From Bacteroidia bacterium (GTDB taxonomy: Bacteria; Bacteroidota; Bacteroidia; NS11-12g; UBA955): a stretch of DNA of 64,000 nt. Shown here in pieces: positions 56,265 to 64,000 of the stretch (positions are counted from its first letter, which is position 1; each line of letters starts with the position of its first letter). The stretch is taken from the NCBI GenBank assembly GCA_040403495.1, contig JBBAKM010000004.1:23456-87455 (forward strand), read 5' to 3'. The notes below the pieces were generated by a model. The model did no database searches, had not been told where the DNA came from, and saw nothing but the letters and a program-made list of their open reading frames with translations. The position numbers and the translations under genes were made by a program.

Positions 56265-57371
56265 TTGTTATCCTTTATAAACATGAAATTTTTAATTACT
56301 GCTACCTTTTTAATCCTATCTCAACTTGCTTTTGCTCAGGTTAACAACGCTATTATTTTTGATAAAATGATACATGATTTTGGAGATGTAAATGAAGAAA
56401 GCAATGAAGTGAGTTGCGTTTTTACTTTTAAAAATATATCTGACCAGCCTATTAAAATATTAAGAGTTGAAACCAGTTGTGGATGTACTACTCCTCAATA
56501 TTCTAAAGAGGAAATTAAGCCGGGTGACAGTGGTATTATCAAAGCTGTGTATGGAACAAGAGGCAGACCCAACAGTTTTAACAAGAATTTATATGTCCAT
56601 TTTTCTAATTCTGCTACATTCCAAACCTTGGTTATCAAGGGAAATGTAATTCCTGCCGTAAATATTGCAAAAAAACCACAAGAATATACAACCAATTATT
56701 CTAATTTGTCATTCAATTATTCTATTGCTTCTTTTCCCAAAATTACAAAATATCAAGTTCTCAATACAACCATAAAAATATACAACTACAATGGTTATCC
56801 AATTAAGTTTTTAGGGGTAAAATCTATGCCTGATTATGTGACATTAGATTTACAAGACAGTCTTTTGGATGTAGATGATTCTTTGATAGTTACAGTTACT
56901 TGTGACGGAAGTAAGGTTCAGAAAATTGGAGATAATTATGAGCAAATTTCTTTGTTGACTGATGATGAAGGAAGTGAAGTGAAAAACATCTACGTTCATA
57001 CCAATTTAAGACAAGATTTTTCAAAGCTTTCTGCAAAAGAATTAGCAAAGGCACCTGTTCTTCACATTGATAAAACCTTGCCTTTGGATTATGGTCGCAA
57101 AACTGCAGGTGCAAGATTTAAAGATGCAATTGTCATCTCAAATAATGGCAAATCAGATCTTAATTTAATGAAAATTATTCCTAGTTGTTCTTGTATTACC
57201 TACTCAATTGCGAAACAGATTTTAAAACCAGGAGAGTCAGTAAAGATGTTTATAAATATCGATACAGTGAACCAATCTATCGCTTTGCACAACAAATATT
57301 TGACTATCATAAGTAATGACCCAATAAAGCCAGAAATGAGTATTAAAATGGTAATGGATATAACCCGATAA
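56265..57371 (+). CDS. Secreted DUF1573-domain protein with two repeats.
   Basis: The product has a signal peptide and the characteristic FDFG...SCGCTTP...KPGDSG pattern (IHDFGDVNEE...VETSCGCTTPQYSKEEIKPGDSG) twice. Confidence 0.7.
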   Translation: MLSFINMKFLITATFLILSQLAFAQVNNAIIFDKMIHDFGDVNEESNEVSCVFTFKNISDQPIKILRVETSCGCTTPQYSKEEIKPGDSGIIKAVYGTRGRPNSFNKNLYVHFSNSATFQTLVIKGNVIPAVNIAKKPQEYTTNYSNLSFNYSIASFPKITKYQVLNTTIKIYNYNGYPIKFLGVKSMPDYVTLDLQDSLLDVDDSLIVTVTCDGSKVQKIGDNYEQISLLTDDEGSEVKNIYVHTNLRQDFSKLSAKELAKAPVLHIDKTLPLDYGRKTAGARFKDAIVISNNGKSDLNLMKIIPSCSCITYSIAKQILKPGESVKMFINIDTVNQSIALHNKYLTIISNDPIKPEMSIKMVMDITR

Positions 57372-57376
57372 AATAT

Positions 57377-58804
57377 ATGATTAAAAAAATAGTATTGAAT
57401 AGTTTATTGTCCCTTTTTTTCGGCGTTTTAGGAGCGGTATTTTTTCAACAATTCAGTTCTAAAACCAATGAAAATGCAATCCCATTAGAGGACTTAAGAG
57501 CAACGTTAGTTAACTACAATGGCAATGCAACCGAGCAAAGCTTAAATTTTGTATTAGCATCCAAAGTAAGCACACCAAGTGTTGTCTTTATTAAAACGAC
57601 GGCAATGGTAAGGCAACGTAATCCGTTTGGTTTTTTCTTTGATGGATGGGATCCATTTGGAAGTATAGGTCAGGTTAGCAGTACAGGAAGTGGTGTTATC
57701 GTGAGAAAAGATGGATATATAGTAACAAATTTACATGTTATAAAAGACGCTGAAACCATTGAGGTAGTTCTCAATAATAAGAAAAAAACATACAAAGCAA
57801 CTTTAATCGGTACCGACCCTTCTACAGATTTGGCTTTGCTAAAAATAGATGCTGAATCACTGCCCGCTATTGCTATTGCCGATTCTGATGTATTAGAAAT
57901 AGGGGAATGGGTGGTTGCAGTAGGTAATCCATTTAATCTTACATCTACTGTTACTGCAGGAATTGTAAGTGCCAAAGGAAGAAATATTAATGTAGTTAAC
58001 AATCAATTTCCAATAGAATCTTTTATTCAAACAGATGCTGCCATTAATCCGGGAAATAGCGGTGGTGCACTTGTTAATTTGAATGGAGAGTTGGTTGGAA
58101 TAAATACAGCGATTTTTAGTAAAACAGGAAGTTATACAGGTTATGGTTTTGCAATTCCTGCCAACATTGTGTCTAAATCTGTCAAAGATTTAATCGATTT
58201 TGGTGAAATACAACGAGGATACCATGGAATGGAAATTGACGAAATTACAGAGAGTAGCGAAAGGATTAACAAAACAACAAATGGGGCGCTTGTTGTAAAA
58301 GTCTACCCTGATGGTCCTGCAAGTAAAGCGGGTTTACTAAAAGATGATATTATCGTCAAAATTCAGAATAAAACCATTTCAGGAAAGTCTTCTTTTGATG
58401 AGAATATGTCCTATTACAGGCCGGGCGATAAGCTCAAAATTAATGTAATAAGAAATGGTTCTGAAAAAGAGTTAACCTTAATTTTAACCAATTTAGATGG
58501 AGAAACTTCTGTTAGAAAACGTCATGTAGTAAGTTCAAGTAAATTAGGGGCAAGTTTCGAAGCTTTGTCAAAAGTTGAACTTCAGAAATACAGAATCCAA
58601 AATGGGGTAAAAGTAACCCAAGTAAAAGGAGGATTGATAGGAAGTATGAACATTGAGGATGGTTTTATTTTCGTAAAATACAATGGTCAGCCCTGCGTTA
58701 ACCCAGAAGATTTAGTTAAGCAATTGGAAAATGCTGGTGGTAGAATGCAAATAGAAGGGGTGGGTTCTGACGGTGGAAGTCGAATCTATAACTTTTATTA
58801 CTAA
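57377..58804 (+). CDS. htrA: Periplasmic serine endoprotease of the Do/HtrA family (trypsin domain + PDZ domains).
   Basis: The product has the catalytic triad context TNLHVI, DLALLKID and GNSGGALVNLNGELVGINTAI, followed by two PDZ-like regions. Confidence 0.9.
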   Translation: MIKKIVLNSLLSLFFGVLGAVFFQQFSSKTNENAIPLEDLRATLVNYNGNATEQSLNFVLASKVSTPSVVFIKTTAMVRQRNPFGFFFDGWDPFGSIGQVSSTGSGVIVRKDGYIVTNLHVIKDAETIEVVLNNKKKTYKATLIGTDPSTDLALLKIDAESLPAIAIADSDVLEIGEWVVAVGNPFNLTSTVTAGIVSAKGRNINVVNNQFPIESFIQTDAAINPGNSGGALVNLNGELVGINTAIFSKTGSYTGYGFAIPANIVSKSVKDLIDFGEIQRGYHGMEIDEITESSERINKTTNGALVVKVYPDGPASKAGLLKDDIIVKIQNKTISGKSSFDENMSYYRPGDKLKINVIRNGSEKELTLILTNLDGETSVRKRHVVSSSKLGASFEALSKVELQKYRIQNGVKVTQVKGGLIGSMNIEDGFIFVKYNGQPCVNPEDLVKQLENAGGRMQIEGVGSDGGSRIYNFYY

Positions 58805-58858
58805 ACAGTTAATCCCTAAAACGTACAACTTGGCTCAATTGCAAGGCTTAGGTTTTGC

Positions 58859-59224
58859 TTAGAATTTAGGAAAAAAAGCATCAATAATATGATGTACTTC
58901 TTCTTGTTTTTTATTGCTAATGATACTAATTATGTCATACCGAATCTCAACATCTCTTAGTTTTTTTACATAACAATAGTAATCTGCAATTTTGGCTAGA
59001 CTTTTTTGTTGAGTTGGACTTACAAATTTTTCTGGATACCCAAAAAAACTACTCGTCCTTGTTTTGACTTCAATGAAAACCAATAGAGAGTCTATTTTAG
59101 CGATTATATCAACCTCGTTTTTGCCCGAACGCCAATTGCGCTCAAGAATAGCATAGCCATTTTTAATTAAAAAAGCACAAGCAATATCTTCCCCATTTTT
59201 GCCCGTAATATTGTGTTGGGCCAT
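58859..59224 (-). CDS. yraN: YraN-family (UPF0102) endonuclease-like protein.
   Basis: The 121-aa product has ...GEDIACAFLIKNGYAILERNWRSGKNEVDIIAK...LVFIEVKTR.... Confidence 0.8.
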   Translation of the reverse strand: MAQHNITGKNGEDIACAFLIKNGYAILERNWRSGKNEVDIIAKIDSLLVFIEVKTRTSSFFGYPEKFVSPTQQKSLAKIADYYCYVKKLRDVEIRYDIISIISNKKQEEVHHIIDAFFPKF

Positions 59225-59231
59225 AGTCCTA

Positions 59232-60581
59232 CTAGTCTACGTTATTATGAAGATATTTGTTGCCACCTTCTTTAAATCTAGGGGCTTTGTTGTCTTTTTC
59301 TTCCTCAAGAAACACGTTTGATATGTCCCCGTCTTTCGGAAGCTCCTCAAAAATAACTTGATGACGTAAATAAGCAGGTGTATTTAAATCGTTGTTGTTA
59401 ATAGGTTTGTGCTCAGTTGGAAATCCTCTTTCAAACGTTGGATTTGTGTTGGTTCTAAAATCGAATTCAAACGGTTTGGGCACCTCTTTTTGAACTGGTT
59501 TTTCTAAATTAGTAAAGTCAATTTCTATTACACCCGATTCTTCTTCGTCGATGATTTCCTCAATTTTAGTCTCAGTTTTAAAAACATTTAAGTTTTCTAA
59601 ATGAACAATGTTTCTGTTTTTTTCAAACCCTGTAGCAACTACAGTAACAGACAATTCATCACCTAAGCCTTCGCTTTGTGTTAAGCCATATTTTAAGTTA
59701 GCATTTTTACCGGCCTCTTGTTGTAAGAATTCGCAAATAGCCGAAATTTCATTGGTATATGGTTCTTCATTGCCGAAACAGATATTCAATAAAATGTGTT
59801 CTGCCCCTTCTATGCTATTATCGTCGAGAAGTGGTGAGTCTAAAGCCATTTGTGCAGCGTTTAATGCGCGATTATCTCCTGTAGACAAACCTGTTCCCAT
59901 AATTGCTCTACCGCTATTCTCTAAAGCTGTTTTAACATCTCTGAAATCCACATTCATATAGCCTTCAACTGTTATAATTTCTGCAATACCTTTTACTGCA
60001 GTACATAAAATATCGTCAGCTTTGCTTAATGATTCTCTGATTCTTAGGTTAGAATACATTTGAATTATTCTCTCGTTATTAATAACCAAAAGAGCATCCA
60101 CATGTGGTTTTAATTCTTCAATCCCTTTTTCGGCTTTGTCTGATTTTGCTGGACCTTCATTTTTGAATGGTTTGGTCACAATTCCGACAGTAAGAATGCC
60201 CATTTGTTTTGCTTTTTGAGCAATAACGGGAGCTGCACCTGTTCCAGTTCCACCACCCATTCCTGCTGTTATAAACAACATTTTAGTGTTGTGTTTAAGC
60301 GCCTCTTCTATGTGATTAATGCTTTCTAAAGCACATCTTTTGCCAAATTCAGGGTCTCCACCTGCACCTAAGCCCTCTGTTAAGCTACTGCCTAACTGGA
60401 TTTTGTTTTTTATTGGGCTTTTTTCAAGATGCTGAGCATCTGTATTGCATAAAAAGAAATCTACCCCTATAATGCCTCTGTCATGCATGTAGTTTACAGC
60501 ATTACTGCCACCACCGCCAACTCCCATTACTTTTATAATAGAGGATTGTTCTTTTGGTAATTCTACTTTAAAATAACTCAT
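59232..60581 (-). CDS. ftsZ: Cell division GTPase FtsZ.
   Basis: The product has the GTP-binding signature GGGTGTGAAPVIA and a T7 loop, plus the long C-terminal linker typical of Bacteroidota. Confidence 0.95.
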   Translation of the reverse strand: MSYFKVELPKEQSSIIKVMGVGGGGSNAVNYMHDRGIIGVDFFLCNTDAQHLEKSPIKNKIQLGSSLTEGLGAGGDPEFGKRCALESINHIEEALKHNTKMLFITAGMGGGTGTGAAPVIAQKAKQMGILTVGIVTKPFKNEGPAKSDKAEKGIEELKPHVDALLVINNERIIQMYSNLRIRESLSKADDILCTAVKGIAEIITVEGYMNVDFRDVKTALENSGRAIMGTGLSTGDNRALNAAQMALDSPLLDDNSIEGAEHILLNICFGNEEPYTNEISAICEFLQQEAGKNANLKYGLTQSEGLGDELSVTVVATGFEKNRNIVHLENLNVFKTETKIEEIIDEEESGVIEIDFTNLEKPVQKEVPKPFEFDFRTNTNPTFERGFPTEHKPINNNDLNTPAYLRHQVIFEELPKDGDISNVFLEEEKDNKAPRFKEGGNKYLHNNVD

Positions 60582-60590
60582 AATTTTTTA

Positions 60591-61898
60591 TTATTTACTG
60601 TAATCGTCCGTGTCACTGTCATCTTTTATCCACTGTTTAAAACTTCCTATAAATCCAAAAAGTTTATTTTTGCCTTCTATGCTCGTTACTTTTACAGGTT
60701 TTGTCTTGTTTTCTGGTTTTATAAGGTTTATGTCCAAGTCTTTGAATCCTTTTAATACTAGGCCAATACAAGTGGCATACATCGGGCTTTTAACTTCTTC
60801 TACTAAGCCTTTTCCCAAGTGTGGGTCAGGTAAGCCAATTTTTACTTCACAACCTAAAATATAAGAAGCCAAATTGCTCAAATCTTTCAATTGTGCACCA
60901 CCACCTGTTAAAACAACCCCTAAGTTAAGCTTGTTTTGATAGCCAGATAGTTTAATCTCCTCGTTAACCATTTCCAATATCTCTTTCATTCTTGCGTGGA
61001 TAACATGAGCTAAGTTGCGTTCAACTATTTCCTTCGGTTTTCTATCGCCAATGCCCTTTACCGAAATAACAGTATTGGTTCTAGCACCTTGTGGTGTAGC
61101 ATGTCCGTGTTTTACTTTAACCAATTCCGCTTGTTTTTCAATGATTTTGAAAGCATCAACTATGTCTGCGGTAATAATTTCACCTCCATAAGGAATAACT
61201 GCGGTATGTCTAATTTTGCCATCGTGAAAAATAGCTATATCGGTAGTACCACCACCAATGTCAATAATGGCAATTCCGCTGTTGATTTCTTCTTCAGATA
61301 AAACAGCATGTGCAGAGGCAATAGGTTCAACAATAACGTCATTTGCTATTAATCCAGCATTTTCTACACATTTTACTATGGTTTTAGCTGCACTTACTCT
61401 CCCTGTTACAATATGGTATTTACATTCAAGTTTTGTGCCCTGCATTCCAATAGGTTCCTTGGTCGGAAAACGATCGTCTATGTTGTATTCCTGAGGAAGT
61501 GCATGTAATATTTTTGATCCTGCATCTACCACAATTCTAAATTGTTCTTTATTCATGTCTTCCAATTCCTTGGCAGTAATTTCAGATTCTGAATTTTCTC
61601 TGATTTTGACCCCATTTTGTTGGAAACTTCTGATATGTTCTCCAGCTATACCAACATGAACAGCATTGATCTGAACATTGGAAATGCTTGAAGCTTTGGC
61701 TACCGCATGTCTTATTGCTTCTACTGTTTTGGTGATGTTCGTAACTTCACCTCTCATAACTCCGCCTAATGAAGGATGTGAACCAACACCCAATATGTTG
61801 ATTTTGCCATATTCATTCATTTGACCCACTATAGCACACACTTTTGTTGTGCCAATATCTAATCCTACTATTAAACTATTTAAATTATTTTCTGACAT
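60591..61898 (-). CDS. ftsA: Cell division protein FtsA.
   Basis: The product has the actin-fold motifs LIVGLDIGTTKV and IDIGGGTTDIAIF. Confidence 0.95.
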   Translation of the reverse strand: MSENNLNSLIVGLDIGTTKVCAIVGQMNEYGKINILGVGSHPSLGGVMRGEVTNITKTVEAIRHAVAKASSISNVQINAVHVGIAGEHIRSFQQNGVKIRENSESEITAKELEDMNKEQFRIVVDAGSKILHALPQEYNIDDRFPTKEPIGMQGTKLECKYHIVTGRVSAAKTIVKCVENAGLIANDVIVEPIASAHAVLSEEEINSGIAIIDIGGGTTDIAIFHDGKIRHTAVIPYGGEIITADIVDAFKIIEKQAELVKVKHGHATPQGARTNTVISVKGIGDRKPKEIVERNLAHVIHARMKEILEMVNEEIKLSGYQNKLNLGVVLTGGGAQLKDLSNLASYILGCEVKIGLPDPHLGKGLVEEVKSPMYATCIGLVLKGFKDLDINLIKPENKTKPVKVTSIEGKNKLFGFIGSFKQWIKDDSDTDDYSK

Positions 61899-61906
61899 GT
61901 TTTTCT

Positions 61907-62701
61907 TTAATTTCTTTTTTCTGCTACGATTTGACCTTTGTACTTTAAATTTATTCGATTGTATTTATCCCACCCAACTGTATTTAATCCTTTACTGTAT
62001 AGTGCTTTTAAGTTGTTGAATTTTTCTTCTATAAATAATCCCGAACCAAATACAATACTATGATTTCCTACCTTAGGAATCAATATTATGTCCATATAAT
62101 TATCTACATACAATTGTTCAATTTGTGATTTCCAAAAGGGATGTTCATTGCAATAGTTCACAATTGATGTTATATCTTGTAGTACTTGACTGCTTGTAAA
62201 GTTAGAATCTGTAAGGCTTTCAGCTATATTTCCATTGGCAATTATTACCCTTGGTGTGAAGTCGGAACCAGCAGGAAACTTGTATCCATTTTTTGATACA
62301 TAATACGTTTGTCCTGTGCTTGAATACACTCTTAAAATAGCTTCTCTCTGTTTTATTTTGATGAATAGCTGTCCCGATTGGTCAAGTAAAATGTCTGCAT
62401 TTTCAATAAATGGATTTTTTTCTAACTGTTTTTCCATTTCAGAAATATTTAATTCTTTGACATTTAATCCGTTTGTTAATGGATTGGCAAGTCGCTCATT
62501 GATTATAGAAATAATTTTACTGCTGTCAATAAAGTTGATTTCATCCGATTTTTTAATATCAATCTTTATGGCTTTTACTTTTAACTCATTTTCATTTTTG
62601 TTTATGAATATAGCAAATAAAATCAAACACACACCCATGCCTATCCACACCCCTGTGTTCCAAATCTTATTGCTCTTTATGTATTCAAAAAACTTAAGCA
62701 T
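61907..62701 (-). CDS. ftsQ: Cell division protein FtsQ (TM + POTRA).
   Basis: The product has an N-terminal TM helix and a POTRA-like region. It is positioned between murC and ftsA. Confidence 0.75.
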   Translation of the reverse strand: MLKFFEYIKSNKIWNTGVWIGMGVCLILFAIFINKNENELKVKAIKIDIKKSDEINFIDSSKIISIINERLANPLTNGLNVKELNISEMEKQLEKNPFIENADILLDQSGQLFIKIKQREAILRVYSSTGQTYYVSKNGYKFPAGSDFTPRVIIANGNIAESLTDSNFTSSQVLQDITSIVNYCNEHPFWKSQIEQLYVDNYMDIILIPKVGNHSIVFGSGLFIEEKFNNLKALYSKGLNTVGWDKYNRINLKYKGQIVAEKRN

Positions 62702-64000
62702 TTTGGTATATTTCTGTAATTGGTTTTATCAATTGGTCTATATTCCCAGCACCCATTATCAATAACAACGGAACCTGTTTTTCTTTGAGCTGTTTTAGTA
62801 TGTTGTCATGTGATATTAAGACCACAGGTTTTTTCATTTTTAAAGCTAAAAACTCGCTGTTGATTCCCGGAATGGGTAGTTCTCTCGCTGGGTAAATATC
62901 CATTAACCAACATTCGTCTAATAAATCAAGGGATTCTGCAAATTCATCTGCAAAATCTCTGGTTCTTGTATACAAGTGTGGTTGAAAGATGCCTACAATT
63001 TTTTGATAGGGATACAATTCTTTAACCGAAAGTATAAATGAACTAAGCTCTGTAGGATGATGGGCATAGTCATCAATAACAATATAGTTTTCCTGCTTTA
63101 CAATGTACTCAAATCTTCTTTTTACACCCAAGAACTTTGCACAGGATGCAACTATTGATTCTATTGGGAGCCCCATTTGTAAACAAGCTGTTATTGCTGC
63201 TGTGGTATTTTCTACATTGTGAAAACCGGGAATGCCATTGCAAACTTCAACTGTTGTTTCTGCATAATGATACTGAAAGTGAAATTGTCCTTCTTTGATG
63301 TTTATATCACGAATAACTACTTTGCAATTTTCATCTTTACCATATATAATGTTGTCAGTGTCTTCTTTAATATCTGCTTTTTCGCAAATAATTTTCCTTC
63401 CATTTGTTTTTGTGTTTTTCAAAAACTCATGAAATGATTCTATTACATCGGCATGCTGACCGTAAATGTCCAAATGGTCGGCATCGGTAGATGTTACTAT
63501 GGCAATATTGGGTTTTAAATGAAGAAAACTGCGGTCGTACTCATCAGCCTCCACAACAATAATGTCTTCTTTTAATAACTTTATACCGTCCGTTTTATGA
63601 ATGTAATTTGAGTTTAAATTGGTGCTTATGCCTCCAAGGAATGCGGTAAAATTTATGTTATTGTCGTTTAAAATATGCGCAATTAAACAACTGGTTGTGG
63701 TTTTGCCATGGGTGCCTGCAATAGCAATAGTATATTGATTTTCGGAAATTAATCCCAGAATTTCGGCTCTTTTGTAAAGCTTAATTCCAAGCGACAAAAG
63801 ATGTAGTTTTTCTTTGTGTTCATTAGGGATTGCTGGCGTGTAAATCACAATCCCTTTGTTTTGTAATATTTCTTCAGGGATTGCTTTAATGTCTTCGTTG
63901 TAATGAATGTCAAATCCCTCTTTTTCTAGTTGGATTGTAAAGTCATTTCTGGTTTTATCGTATCCACTTACCTGAATGCCGATTGAATTAAAATATCGAG
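62694..64000 (-). CDS. murC: UDP-N-acetylmuramate--L-alanine ligase. Partial at the 5' end: the reading frame stays open to the window edge upstream of the GTG listed in the ORF track.
   Basis: The product has ...TIAIAGTHGKTTTS... (ATP-binding) and the Mur ligase middle and C-terminal domains. The frame upstream of 63848 reads FNSIGIQVSGYDKTRNDFTIQLEKEGFDIHYNEDIKAIPEE with no stop. Confidence 0.9.
   Translation of the reverse strand, partial: RYFNSIGIQVSGYDKTRNDFTIQLEKEGFDIHYNEDIKAIPEEILQNKGIVIYTPAIPNEHKEKLHLLSLGIKLYKRAEILGLISENQYTIAIAGTHGKTTTSCLIAHILNDNNINFTAFLGGISTNLNSNYIHKTDGIKLLKEDIIVVEADEYDRSFLHLKPNIAIVTSTDADHLDIYGQHADVIESFHEFLKNTKTNGRKIICEKADIKEDTDNIIYGKDENCKVVIRDINIKEGQFHFQYHYAETTVEVCNGIPGFHNVENTTAAITACLQMGLPIESIVASCAKFLGVKRRFEYIVKQENYIVIDDYAHHPTELSSFILSVKELYPYQKIVGIFQPHLYTRTRDFADEFAESLDLLDECWLMDIYPARELPIPGINSEFLALKMKKPVVLISHDNILKQLKEKQVPLLLIMGAGNIDQLIKPITEIYQNA

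Noticed and set aside
1-64000. Search for CRISPR arrays, tRNA and rRNA genes.
   Set aside because: There are no regularly spaced direct repeats with unique spacers. No cloverleaf-compatible 70-90-nt segments or rRNA-like conserved blocks are recognisable in the intergenic regions.

Overview
The window is low-GC (~33%) Bacteroidota-like chromosomal DNA (T9SS C-terminal sorting domains, SusC-like plug/CarbopepD domains, Wza/Wzc/CpsB capsule genes, type III glutamine synthetase). Most of it is core genome: pntAA/pntAB plus ald, a two-component system, an HmuY-like/TonB-receptor locus, nrnA, an FKBP PPIase, rfbBA-wza-wzc-cpsB, a convergent ABC–HlyD–TolC type I secretion operon, a 1063-aa UvrD-helicase/PD-(D/E)xK nuclease, a BNR/sortilin T9SS protein, ftsK, lolA, trhO, tspO, glnN, a Fic-like gene, msbA–waaA, ruvB, a DUF1573 protein, htrA and the murC-ftsQ-ftsA-ftsZ-yraN cell-division cluster. 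The standout region is a ~10.3 kb accessory island between ftsK (ends 33871) and lolA (starts 44224). It carries an intact VapBC module and a UPF0175/DUF3368 module whose toxin has an in-frame TAA. It also carries an XRE regulator followed by two tandem, diverged copies of an uncharacterised two-gene outer-membrane module. Each copy is a lipoprotein translationally coupled to a ~718-aa CarbopepD/plug/beta-barrel protein. The two copies share a near-identical ~125-nt leader and an identical 3' gene end. Downstream lie a frameshifted ParE/RelE-like toxin remnant and an orphan third copy of the conserved OMP 3' end. Other notable items: (a) a four-helix-bundle (23S rRNA IVS-family) gene flanked by inverted TTGTTAAATTGTT repeat arrays, apparently inserted between pntAA and pntAB; (b) a ~75-nt conserved element present twice, flanking a lipoprotein gene between the paralogous pntA and ald genes; (c) a T1SS ABC protein with a degenerate nucleotide-binding domain; (d) an orphan two-gene module in an AT-rich gap at 46.0-47.1 kb. 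I found no rRNA, tRNA or CRISPR array.
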